Part shown: in pieces, positions 12,031 through 24,600 of the stretch
Layout: every line of letters starts with the position of its first letter
Position numbering within the stretch: the stretch's first letter is position 1
Source of the DNA: Takakia lepidozioides
Lineage: Eukaryota; Plantae; Bryophyta
DNA length: 64,000 nt
Direction of reading: 5' to 3'
NCBI GenBank assembly: GCA_030704615.1
Contig: CM060732.1
Span: 18,848,001 to 18,912,000 of the forward strand
Notes under the pieces: generated by a model
What the model was told of the DNA's origin: nothing
The model's database searches: none
What the model saw: only the letters and a program-made list of their open reading frames with translations
Made by a program: the position numbers and the translations under genes

Positions 12031-12559
12031 TGCCGGAGAAAAAAACAAAGTAACCCTAAACCAAAATGTATCCTCCGTAAACGAAGTCCCATCATCCAAG
12101 TCCAACTGAAATCCCCAACTCAAATATATCATAGAATGAACGACATGTGTCCCTCGCCAGTCTGGCACCCCTATCTGTAGTTGTAAAAAATATGTAATCG
12201 GAGAAAATATTCCCAATCTTTTTTATTTAAATGCGGTATCCGCAGAATAAGGCCGGTAACCTAGGTGCGTCATAAAACTATACAAAGACTACTGGATTCT
12301 CCAACAAACGCACAAATGTCATACATGTCAATAAGCATTCTTTGAAGAGAAGGAACAGAAGAAAAGAGTGTGTGCTAGATGCTTCATCGCCTTCTTACAA
12401 CAACCATAAGGGACTGAGACGGAAGACCAGTTCTTGGCAACCGAAGCTCTGAGACACGCTGATTCAAGCAAGTTACACCTCTCCAGCTACAGGGAGTGTT
12501 GCCTATGAAGTAAGACCAAGTTCATGAGCTTATTATCCTAGGTCGGAACAAGCTGATAG

Positions 12560-12634
12560 GCCTTGCTTGGTGCCTACAGAATCCATGGCAATGTGGAGAT
12601 GGCTAAACGTGTGGCAACATCTATCCTCAAGTAA
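12560..12634 (+). pseudogene. PPR E1-motif fragment
   Basis: Translates ALLGAYRIHGNVEMAKRVATSILK*, matching the E-motif consensus ALLGACRIHGNVE. Confidence 0.75.
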
Positions 12635-12859
12635 CCTTTGGTCGTCGCTAGAAATACAAGTAAAATAAACTTTACGTAGAGTGCAAAATATTTCATTATT
12701 TGTTTGATACAAACTCATTGAGAGCTTTAGCATTAGCACCATTCAAGGTATGAACATTCTGAGCTCTGTCATACATCATAGTCTCCTTCAGGGAGAGTCC
12801 ATCAAGAGGGGTTGTCTCTGTTAGTTTAGGATAGGGCGATGTCATCTAGATTCTTCTCT

Positions 12860-15150
12860 TGCTGTCATCCGTACATACTACAACAAAAACCATCTTGAAA
12901 GATCTAACAAGGTGTGTCATGGCCACCTTGACCCGGATTCAATTAACATCCATTCTGCAATACACGCACCTCACCTTAATGAAGAGGTGAAGATATGGAT
13001 AATGGATAGTTTACGTACGTAGTCTGTCGCATGCCAAAACAATGTCCCAACATGAGCAATGGGTATTTGAGAGCAAGCTAAAAGGAGAGAAGTGGTGTCG
13101 TGATGATGTTGTGCTTGAGCACGATATTGAAAACATGATGGAAAAGCCTGCATGCAGTGGGACTTTCAAGTGACATAAGGACAAGGGGACGAGTCTAAAG
13201 ATGTTGAAGCTGGATGTCCATCCAGAGAATGTCTTCTTCTATCAAGAAGACACTTCTCATACCCCTGCTAGAGGAAAACTCAAAAATTTGTTGACCTCCA
13301 ATTTGCCATTGGCATACAAACATAATTCTAGAAGCAAACAATGCTCAAATTAGGTCACAAACAAATCGTCTCTTTTGCGATGTGACCTTCTGAACCAGGT
13401 GTGGCTTGAACTCCTAGGAGCATGAGAGCATAGCATAATCAGATATTATGATGGGTGACTGATTCTGTGGACTGTGGCGGATCAATACAACTTGTGGTAC
13501 CGACTTGGGCCATCACCACATATTGGGGATCATATCTGGGGCTGATGGCAATTAGCACAGGGCTATTGCTTGTTCATTGGGGTTTTTACATTATGGTGAT
13601 GGAGGGATCAAGGGATCAGTGGCATGTGGGGCTGTTGTTTTTTAGCCTACTTGTTCATTATGTATGCAACCTGGGGTCACAATGTATGCATGGAATTCAA
13701 CACATAGTGAAGGTGGAATTAATTAGGGCCAACCATGGACATACTAGGCTGGAATTCCACTTGGTAGGGGTGGGCAGCCGGCCGGCCGGGGCATACGACT
13801 GGCAGCAAAGCAAAGGCAAGGTGATTAGGGGGATAGTCCCATCCACATGAGGGAGGGAAGGGGGGGGGATATTATCTGGCGGAAGTTGCAGGGAGCATAG
13901 AATAGATAAACTGCAGTGGATGCCATTTGTAGTGGGGGATGGAATGGACCCTTGGGGGGGATCAATGTTGTGGGGATTGACACAAGTAACATGGGAGAGC
14001 ATAGATGGGAAAGCATGCACATAGATCATATGGAAGTAGTTGAAAACAACCTAGGGGTGATATTCATGTAAATGTAGTAGTTTACATAATTGAATAGTAC
14101 ATTGTATTTTAGGTACTTTGTTTAACATCATTGAAAGTGAAAAATGTGTCCCCCTTGAATATACTCACATTGCACAATTCCCCCCTATGTGCAATACGCC
14201 ATGTACATGTGGCTCACCGACATCCCTATTGCATACATCATATCTTTGAGAAACAAAGCTACTTGACCCTTTGGACGTTGGCTTGTCGTAAAAAGATCAG
14301 TGCGGCTCAATTGGATTAGCGTCCTAATGCATTCATCATGGACGGTGCGGATGCGGAGATCAATGCCATACGGTTAGGCGTTCATCCTTCCTTGCCTTCA
14401 CATGTGCACGGAGCTTAGTTCTTCCTTCCATGCATGCCAGATTGGGAAAATGGATCAGTCAATTGAATTGTGGTCAGCTCTTTTTGGTCCGGGTGTTGGA
14501 GGGGATCAGTCACATGGATTGGCTCCTTAACCTGAAAGTGCACGTTGCTTCAGAGATACCTTTGTGGATGTGCCCATTTTCCTATGCCTTTGGCCTGTTC
14601 GAAGGGCGTGGTTGAGGAATGCCATAGAAAAGATCAAGGATGCCCAACTCCAGTCCCATGTCTTGCAAGGTATGGGGGACATAATGTACAATAAAGGTGG
14701 TCCCATTGGGCAATCCTCCTCAAGCATGGGTTGTAATTCAATTGTACGAGTTGGAAGCTAAGTACCCTGCAGCGACATTGTTTTTCCACTACATACACAT
14801 AGGGTGGATTCCTAAAGTGGGCATGTAGGTTGTTGGAGCTCGCAACCTCCCACATGCTGGCCATGATACAAATGCGGGGATTGAGGCCTATCATTCAAAC
14901 CTGAAGAGACAATTGTCACAAACCCGAGAGAAAATGGATGGACGTCGACTGGATTGGCTGGTGCACATCCTCACAGGCAGCTGCCTCGACTTGACCCAAT
15001 ATTACATCTGTACCTTGAAAGTTGAAGGCTTCATTTGCAACACCGGTATGGAACACTTCATGCAAAATTGTGTATGGTTGCTGGTCAAATTCCAGATGTC
15101 AACGTCCAATTGCCCGAATAGCATGGGGGTCCAACCAAGTTATCAGGAAT
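12860..15150 (+). pseudogene. Decayed MULE-type transposase / SWIM zinc-finger family gene
   Basis: Ordered fragments YYNKNHLE..VCHG, APHLNEEVK, HPENVFFYQED, FAIGIQT*, PNAFIMDGADAEINAI, LCLWPVRRAWLRNAIEK and HAGHDTNAGIEAYHSNLK..GRRLDWLVHIL, with stops and frameshifts. Confidence 0.7.
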
Positions 15151-17103
15151 AAGAGACCCCTCAAATAACCGAAATCCTAATTTGTATTATACGTATTAAT
15201 TTATATTATTTGTATTATCCTAATCTATATTTATAATGACCTGCTTACTGAAGGGAGGAAAGCCTGGGGTATTATGTCTGCAGCTGTTGACAGGGCTTCA
15301 CAACAACGCGGGACCCAGCTCTTCAATCGTTTTCTGCAGTCCTGGGGCAAAGATGGCATACTCGGCACCAGTTTACCCCCTATGCGCTTCACTTGGCAAG
15401 AAAACATCCCCGCTGCTTGGGATGTCTCCTGGTGATGGAGAAGAAGGGGATTACAATCGGAGACATAAGAAGGCTCGTGTGACTAAATTTAGAACTCAGC
15501 TGCAGTTTTAGTTTGATTGGTTTTGCTTGTCACCTTTGAGCTTCCAGGGAATCAAGGAGGCTCGAAATGATTCAAGTATCACTACTTAGAAATTGGCTGT
15601 AGTTCTAGGATCCACGCCCTTGCTCCATTCGTGCTTCTGGCGGGCTGGCTGGCCAATAGAACTCTTTCTTCACTACCTTCCCTGCTCTGTTTTTCTCAAT
15701 CTCTTTCCCCCATCTCAGTTCCTCCCTATGCTTCCTCCTTTGGTTCTGCTCGCAGCGTAGCTAGTATGCTCAGGTTTCGGGGACGTTTCCCCTCGGTCAG
15801 CCTCACGGCCTCTCTAGGTGGTTATTTTTTCCACCTTTTGTGACTTTTTTTAATTTATTTAGAGTAAAAAGAAGGTTGAGTTGGGAAAAAAAAAAAAAAC
15901 AAATATACGTGAAGACCCCATGAGAAATCCTAGTACCCCCAACTTAGGGTGGACAGTGCTATCAGGGATAACCCTGCTGCACTGTTACTCAAATTTGGGA
16001 TGGGGTTTCCACCCAACATCACTAATCTTCCCGGAGGTTCTGTAGAGACAAAAAAATAACAACTCTTGCTCCCAAAAGTAAACCTCTCAGAACCAACAGT
16101 CTGGGTACTCCAACAGTGATCCATCTCTACACTTTTCTTTCCTCTTCGGATGGAGGACAAACATGAAACATAGCTCTGAAGGTCTGTCTTGTTATAAAGG
16201 CCAATTCACATTGATCAATCGGACTAAGCCCTTGGCTGATGCAGAGGTCGACAAAGTTTGTGCTACTAACAACTGTGCTGTAATTGCTGCACCATGAATC
16301 CACAACTGTCCTACAACCTAGCTACCACTACATATCAGTACTTCAACTAAATTTCTACAATGTACATCTGGATTGCTTAGAACACATTCTTGCAGGCTTG
16401 AATGCAGCTGCTGCCATTGCAAAGCACTTCCATGGCCTCTCACAAACATACAATACATCCCTAACCCTCTGCTTTCCGAAACTGCGACCATACCATGATG
16501 TTCTTGAGAAAGGGTGCAAAGCAAAGGTATCAATCTGCCCTGTGAGCAACCCCTGCTACAAATACAGCCATGAACTGTCAATTGAAGCTGCACACAGTTG
16601 TTCTCTACCAACATTCTGTGGATTGGAGTATCTACCTCAACCAGGCAGGCTCATGACTAATGCACCTCCCATGGCAGTCAGCTCGACTGAGGAAACACAT
16701 TCAATGTTGCCAAGGCATAATCCACCAGTGTCATATCCGCACTTTGAAGCACAGAATCAATTCATGCATCTGCCCCCTTAGCTGATGCAGCGAAGGCAAA
16801 TCAAGGAGAACATAAGAGCAGTGCCAATGAGCACTAAGAGATATCCTCCACACTCGTCTCCCGTACACTGCTCAGAATCATTGACTATCTTTCACAAGTT
16901 CTCATTGCAACCACAATTTTGATAGGCAGACTACAGACCAGCACACACCTCTTCTTTTTCCTAGGGGACCCATTTTTCATCATAAAAAATTTCGCCCCTA
17001 GGAATGAACGGGCCGATATTTCTGTAAATACAACTATCAACCATCCCCCCACCCTATAAAATCACCTCTTTTTGCTACCATGGCAAAGAGTTTCCTTCCC
17101 TTC

Positions 17104-20100
17104 TTATACAGGTTTGACTGCTGGTTTGGCTGACACTAAGTTGCCCCCACTTTGCCTCAACAGAAAGTCTCTCATCTCTCGGTACCCCCTCAGCTCCTCT
17201 AAGGCATCAGCTGCTGTTTTTGACCCAGAAAGCCTCATTCCCATTGGAGGGGATCCGACCACAGTTGACTGTGGCGAGCTGAACGTCAATCCAGAACCCA
17301 ATGGGGTGTCCACTGATCGACCCCTGGGAACATTCCAACCAGTGGCTGCAGGCTTAGGTGGGCTGCCTTTCAACTTTCCAGTGCCAGAAGCCCCTGCAAA
17401 TCCTATGAGCCCCCCCTGGCCTCCAGATGCCATAGCACCGGTGATGGGTCTGACTGCTGGTGTTGACAAAGGTGGGTCAAAAAATGTTCCAGGTGGAGCA
17501 CTCATCTGCCGAAGTGGCGGTGCAGACTTAAGGATTCTGACCAATGCTCCAACAGCTGCGTCTTGGAAGCGCGGGTGACCCACCACAGCCCCTGGCTGGC
17601 CTATGGGGTCCAATGCATCAGGAGCCTTTGGCCTTGAGCCTGGGCTCTCAATCCTGTCAACAACCAACAAACCGCATATTTGGACAACTTGGAAAACTTG
17701 AGATTGCTGTATGAATCCAGAGAAACTTTCAATTTACAACAACAGGTGACTTAATCTCACATTGTGGGTTTTAAAAGGTTCCATCACCAGACAAACTCTG
17801 AATCCACGACTGAATGCCTTTAATAATAGTTGTCAGGAGATGGAGGGATCACCTGCTGCGATATTCCTCTTCCTCGTCATCAACAGCAAATGGGCAAGCA
17901 AACTCTTCCTCGTCATCAGTGTCCTCATGGCTCTGGCTGCCGGTCTTGGAAATGGCTCTCAAACCCCCAAGTACAAGGCGTGGAGGACCGTACAATGACC
18001 TCTTCACCCCAGAAGGAGGTCCCTCATCCCCCTTCTCATTTCCAACCACCTATACCCCAACAGAATGAGCAAATTATAGACTGAGGAATGCATGCTGAGG
18101 TTGCTAAGGTTCAGAGGGTGAAGGTTGGAAACCTCTTTGTTGAAAGACAACTAACTAAAGCCTCACACACAGAGTACTAGGGTAGGATATGTTCATTTTT
18201 GAAAATGACGATTGGGAGACTACCTTAAATTATAATATAGAGTGATTCCGGTGACTGGATAAATTCATCTCATGAACCGCAATTTAGTTATGATCTGATT
18301 TTTGGATTTCCCACATAGGAAAATTTGGACCCCCAACACGTTTACTCTGGGGTGCATTTCCTGCTGCACCTGATGGAGGAGCTTCTCTGCATGGAATACC
18401 ATTCTAACCTTATGGCTGAAGAGGTTCCCACCATTTTACAAGTTCAAGGAATTACTAGACCATCGTGTAGATGACATCCATCTCTTGAGGGAATGTTTTA
18501 TCATGCACTATATCCTTGCACTTGTTGAAACTTGATTCAGGTCTGTAGCTAAATTGCAATCATACCCTGACTTGGGAAAGTCCTGCCGAAAAAGCATTTG
18601 AGTTGCAGTGTCTTGACGCACTGTAGGCAGCTGGAGTTTGGTCAGATGACACCCTGCTATGTTCCAAATTGCCCAGGCTATGAAAAGAATAACACAAGGG
18701 TGGTGCAGACCTGATGGGCGTGAAATGGGTGCGGAGGAGACATGTGCAGTGAAGACTCAGCCAGCATGGAGATGGAGAGCCGAGCCGCAACCTTGCCATC
18801 CGATGACAAGTTAGATCCCTGACCAGACCCAGGCCGTGAATTGCAAGGAGCTGCTTGTGGCAACATCTCCAGATATCGGCTCGGAGGAGTTGGGGGGGGG
18901 AGCGGTTTCCGGCTTTGAAGAGCCTCTGACGTAAGTATGCGGGGGCTGGCCCCGGCACTTGGGTGAACATTGGAAGGACGTGGAATACTGACAGGGGCAC
19001 TGCTACCGCGGATGCGACTGTCTTGCTGTGCATGTGAAGGGGTGGGGGGAGAAGGCGAGGGAGAGGGGGAGAAGGGTGGCGATCGTCGGCGCTCATGAAT
19101 AGTAATGGGTTGAGATGCATTCCCAGTCTGATGGAAGGAAGAAGGTTGATGAGATGAGAAGTTGCGAGTGACAGGGGAGTTCCGGGGAGAGAGATTTGAA
19201 GGGGCATGTGCAGATGGAGAAGAAGGATGGTGGAAGGAGAGAGGGGGTTTGGGAGGCGAAGAGTGGAAATCTGAGGGCTGTGAGGGAGAGGGGGATGCAG
19301 ATCGAAAGAAAGGAGAGGACCGGGGGATTGAAGGTGGTGCCTGTACCTTGTTCCCGCCCCCACTCCAGCTATGGCGGCGTCCAAAACCAGCTGATGGAGA
19401 ACTTGGTACTGATCCTGGTAGTGAAACCACATGGACCCCCCTCCTTCCAGAAATGCCCCCACTAGGCATGGAGCCCACACTTGAGAAGCGCCGCAGCGGA
19501 TCTGTGGTGGGGCTTCCCACATAATCAGAGATGATGCGAGGAAGAATAGGGGGCATTACTTCGAGTGCGGTCACCGCTGTTGTGTTCCTATATGCCACTG
19601 AAATGCACAATCTACCCCACAGAGTCTCAACAGGTGTCAGGTCGCAGGTCATCATTGCAGCTTTCTCGGCATCAGTGAGAGGGGTTGGGGTAGCTGAAAC
19701 TGCATAGGAAAGAGAGAAGCTCCGGCTATGGGAAGATGAGTTGGCAAGCCTGAAGAGCCGATGTGCTGGCAGGGTGCGCACTGTGCAGTACAGAGAACGC
19801 AGCATGATCACTGTTCTCTTATACACCACGGGCCTTTCCACCACATGCGTAGGGGGAACAGGCATTGGAGGGCCCCCTCCTGCTTTTCCACCTCCCCCTG
19901 AAACAATCCCAGGGCTTCCACCTTGCCAGCCCCCTGCAATTGGAAAACCCCCTTCTGGCATCCCACTGGCTCCCTTTCCATGCCCCGAGCCACTCCTTCC
20001 AAATCCTTCTTTGGCACTCCCCAACCCTAACCCTCCACTGCTGGACCTCTTCCGCCGTTCGTACTGAAGCACCCATCTCTCCAGCAGTGTGCGCGAGACC

Positions 20101-20546
20101 CCTCCCTGTAAGGAAGAGCTCTCTGCGTCGTGGCCACTCCACGATCCACCACTGAAAGTGGCACCCCTCGAAGGAGAGCTTCCTTTCATAATTCGTTGCC
20201 CGGCTGCTCCTGAGAATGAAGGGGCCTCAACACCTCCACCCATTGGCTGCTGCAGCAGAACGTCCACCACCATCGGCTCTTGCACGACTCCCCTCCGCCA
20301 TGGATCCACACTCTCTTGGACTGCGCTGCAGTTATCCATCTCCAAATTAAACCAACGGTTGGTCGGACGGGACCCTGACGGCGATGCTGAGAGGGGTGGC
20401 GTGTCATCACTACCACAGCTTTGGCTTTGTGTCGATATGAAGGGGATGCGCGACTCAAGAATAATGTGCGAGCTTTTGGCAAAAAATTCGGAGACAATCT
20501 GGTCAATTTTGACCCTCTCAGTCTGCATTGTCGCAAAGGATGCCAT
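17104..20546 (-). CDS. ATG13: Autophagy-related protein 13 (HORMA domain plus Ser/Pro-rich disordered region)
   Basis: HORMA motifs IVSEFFAKSSHIILESRIP, RWFNLE, LLERWVLQYE, VYKRTVIMLRSLY..RTLPAHRLFR and IISDYVGSPTTDPLRRF. C-terminal plant motifs FACPFAVDD, DAAVGALVRILKSAPPLRQ and KTAADALEELRGYREMRDFLL. Exons: 20546-18792 (or 18711), a possible extra exon ~18710-18566, 18049-17853, 17653-17104. Confidence 0.93.
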
Positions 20547-21399
20547 TGCGGAGTCTCCAGTTTCACCAACTCACACTTCGGCCTTCCATTCACAACACCA
20601 GGTACGTACCTGGACGGGATTATTTAGCCATACACAGAGCAATCAGATAGGGTACACAATGGCTTGTCAATCTTGTCCTATCTCTGTCCACACGTACAGT
20701 CACAAACAAGTGAATCAGGGCTTATTTGACATATATTTTAACTTGTGTTTGCAGATGCCACAGATAGGGTTTCACCTTCGCTTCTGAAAGGACATACTTG
20801 GCATCGGTGCCAAGCTTCCTCCAAGTCAGCAAGTTTCTTGCAGGTCTCCATCGGTACCCAGTTTCCTGCTGTATTCAAGCCTTGGTCCAGGGCGCGTGGC
20901 GAAGTCAGAAATCTCACTTTGTGAGTTTAGTCTCCGCTGTTCCAAACTTCTAAAGATCAACCATTGGAAGATCTCTAACGTATTCCTCTAAATGATGTGA
21001 ATCTACATTCTGTCCTGCCCCTCTGTAATCAGTTCCAAATACTAAAATGCACAATATCCGGCTAGATGGTACGTGCTTTGGATTCTTGCAATTCATGCTC
21101 AAGCTTCCCTTTCCGTAGGACGCAAACAAACCTCCCCGTACTCAAGCTTCAGCCCTCAAACTTCATTCACTAGAAAGCAAACAAAGCCAGTCCGCTACCT
21201 ACATCTTCCTGGAAGCCATGTCGAGGAAGAACCTGCAGTGAAGAAACCATGGGCTATGCACATGAGGTCCCTTTTACCACAGCGGCCTTTCCCCTGTCTA
21301 GTAAAAACCACTCAAAATAGCAATTTCCCATTTACTCGAATTCACGGGGATAAGAAATCTGCAGCCCTAAGCACTTGCGAAGCCCTGTAAAATACAGGC

Positions 21400-21560
21400 T
21401 TTCTGAAACCCTAAACCCCTGAAAAAACGGGCGGGACCGGAAAAAGAGTTGGACGGAACGGGCGGGGATCACGACGTCGGCGGTGTATAGGCCCCGACAG
21501 GAGAGAGAGAGAGTGGGTCTGGGACAGAGAGACAAAGACCCTGTATTAGGGTTGGAATTC
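21400..21560. promoter_or_regulatory. Putative shared (bidirectional) promoter core of ATG13 and TRRAP
   Basis: GC/CpG-rich patch at 21428-21500, a telo-box-like AAACCCTAA at ~21406, TTAGGGTT at ~21546 and a GA-repeat. The divergent start codons are ~1.1 kb apart. Confidence 0.5.
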
Positions 21561-21658
21561 TTCATGTTTCACTCGTGTTCTCACATTGAAGAGAATGGTC
21601 GTGACTGACGCAGAGATACAATATGTGACAGGCAGTATGAGATAGACTGGCAAGCATC

Positions 21659-24600
21659 ATGATTCCAATAGCCAATTTTGAGCAACATGCTCGCAAGTTT
21701 CTGGAGCCTGACCTATGTATGTTTCTCCACCTTTGCTAGATCGTCCTGCCTCTCTGTCTTGCAGGGAGGATTTTCAATAGGGTTGGGTGTTTCAGCTGAT
21801 TGGGTTCTGTTGGAAGGATGGCTGGAATTTGAGGTCTCATGTCAGGCCTAGTCCCTCTGTTTCTTGGAGATCTTGAAGACGGAAGCTAAGTATCACGTGG
21901 CAGGTTCTTGTCATGGTTTCCGCACTGTGTATACGTCAGGTTAGGTCAAGGAGTGTTTGAAGAGGTTGGGGGCATGGTGTTGGTTAATCAAGCTCTCTTG
22001 CTATGTCTAACGTCAAATCCCTGGTTTGTGCAGCTATGCAAAATCGGTTGATGTTTGCCACCGAGGTGCGGGACAGTATTGAAATTGTGCACACGTCAGA
22101 GTACTTGAACTTTTTGAAGAGCTACTTTCGGGTATTTTCGACACTGTTGACGCAGCTCACAAAGCCGCAAGGAACTGACAGTCCAGAACACAAGCTTCGA
22201 AATGTGGTGATTGAGATCCTGAATCGGTTGCCTCACAGTGAGGTGATCCGACCATTTGTCCAGGACTTACTGAAGCTCTCCATGCATGTTCTGACAAGTG
22301 ACAACGAGGAAAATGGATTGATATGTTTGCGCATCATCTTCGATCTCCATAAGAATTTTAGGCCTGCTCTTGAGCCGGAGGTGCAGCCATTCCTGGACTT
22401 CGTATGTAAGGTAAGACTCTCTGTACAATCAGTTTGCAGTGCCGCCTGTGAATTGCTTTGGGCATGTATGTTGAAGCATGGGACTAGTGCTCACCACCAA
22501 CTCTGGGGGGTGGTTCCTGAAGTGGCAGTTTGCATGTTTTAGCACATCTGGAATTTCAGGTTGCAAAATTTCAGCTGAAAGGAGGCTACCTTAAGATAGA
22601 GCTGGAATTATTGCACATAGCGCAAATAGCACACTGGTGTCCATGAGAGAGATATGGCCGGTCGCCAACTTAATTGTCACCCAATTGAGAGGCCATCGTT
22701 TGGGGTGTCCAGGCTACCATATCTTTTTGGGTAGGGATCAAAGAACCTGATACAGACATGGCGAAGGTGTAGTTATAGAACTTAAATTTTTTTCCTGAGG
22801 GTTTGAAGTTTTGAGTTAGATGAGTCCTCATGTGCAGATATACCAGAATTTCAAGGCAACAGTAACCTATTTCTTCGATGACACGAGTGTGGCCGATGCC
22901 CAGCTGGCGGCTGCACAACACAACATGGGATATTTGGGACAACAAAGGGCGCCACCTGGAGGGCCCCTGCCGGGGCAGCTAAACCCTAGCACACGGTCAT
23001 TCAAAGTAGTGACTGAGTGTCCTTTAATTGTGATGTTTCTTTTCCAATTATACCCTCGCTATGTCACCACCAATATCCCAGTTTTGCTTCCACTTATGGT
23101 GAGCGCCATCTCCATCACGGGTCCTCCACAAGTGGCACCGAACTTAAAAAATGTCTTTGCTGAACTCAAAGGAGCCCAAGTGAAGGTATGCCAATCATTT
23201 CCGGTCTCTTTCTATATCAGTGGTCACTTGGGTGCCCGCTCTATCTCCACCCAATCCTCCGTTTTTCTATACCTGTCCTCCCAATTTTCCCTTTCCGAAA
23301 AGTTGTGGACTTTCAGGTCAGGCCACGAGGTTATTCAAAGTGCATTTAGTGAGTAAGTATCACAGTCTATGATATCCCTTATTTGCTGTGGATCTTTTGA
23401 AGTTGTGCAATTCGAATGGGCTTACACGTACTTTTAGGTTATGCAGGGCAAGAGATAGGGTTGAAGATTTCTTGGAAAATTTCTCACTAGTGGGATGTGT
23501 GCAGACAGTATCTTTTCTCACTTATCTGTTGCGGAGCTTTGCTGATTTCATTCGGCCCCATGAGGAGAGCATTTCAAAAAGCATTGTCAACTTGCTTGTT
23601 AGCTGCCCCGACTCTGTCTCCATACGCAAGGTGGGCCTGCTGACCAAAGGAGGCCATTGCAATTTTGAGAACCTAACTGCAAGCTATTGTACATCTACAA
23701 AATCCACAAAATCTCTTGGAATTGACTGATGCAATGTCGCAAGGTCAACCCTCTACACTTCTTGTTAGCTGATTAGCTTTTCCATGGTGATGGGGCCAAC
23801 TGATGGAGTTCTTGACTTGTTGGATCCTTTGGCAAAGATGAACTGTTGTAGTAAGACACCTTTTTCTTGGACATTTGTTACCTTGAAAGGGCAATAAGTT
23901 TGGTCATGACAATCTATCAAGAGCAGGTTCGGGATCTGGCACAACACGGACTTCTTGGCCCCCATCATGCGCCTTTTATCCAAAGTTATGCTAGAGTTGT
24001 GCTTTGTTGTTAGCATGGCGCACTGATGCACCTGGTGGTGTTCTACTCTCGGTGGTACTTTGTATGTTTATGTTTGGTAATTTGGTGACTCAATGCTTTG
24101 TAATGGTCGCATTCAGAGTGGGGATAGTGCATGAGGTGGAATTGAATGAGATGAAACTAACTAAGAAGGGCTGAAGCATAGTCACAAGCCAAAATTATCT
24201 ATAGATTTCAGTGCCCTGAGCTTGGTCCGGTCTCAGACAACGAGGAAGTGTGTTCAGAGTTGAATGGTACTCTGTTGGTGAGAGCAGGGAATTCTTTGAG
24301 AGAGTCCTTTGTACTCATCCTGTCCATAGGGATTTGTACGTTGTGAGTGTATAAAAGTGTTCTTATCTTTCCAACGGGTGACCTTGCTATTGGGATGCAG
24401 GAATTACTTGTGGCCACTCGCCATGTTCTGGCCACAGATTTTAGGAGGGGTTTTTTCTCTCAGATTGACACATTGCTGGATGAGAGGTGTGGTTCCCTTC
24501 CACTTTTGCTTGTCCTTTGCTTTTTGGAGGGAATTATGTGCTTCTATCTAGAAGTGAGTGGGATATTTATGACTTGTCAGTTTGCTAGATTTGGCTTGTC

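Noticed and set aside
15236-16781. Short ORFs downstream of ATG13 (15236-15511, 16284-16781)
   Set aside because: I found no recognisable domain or consistent exon structure.
17072-20787. Plus-strand and alternative-frame ORFs over ATG13
   Set aside because: They are shadow ORFs of a Ser/Pro/Gly-rich exon with no independent motifs.
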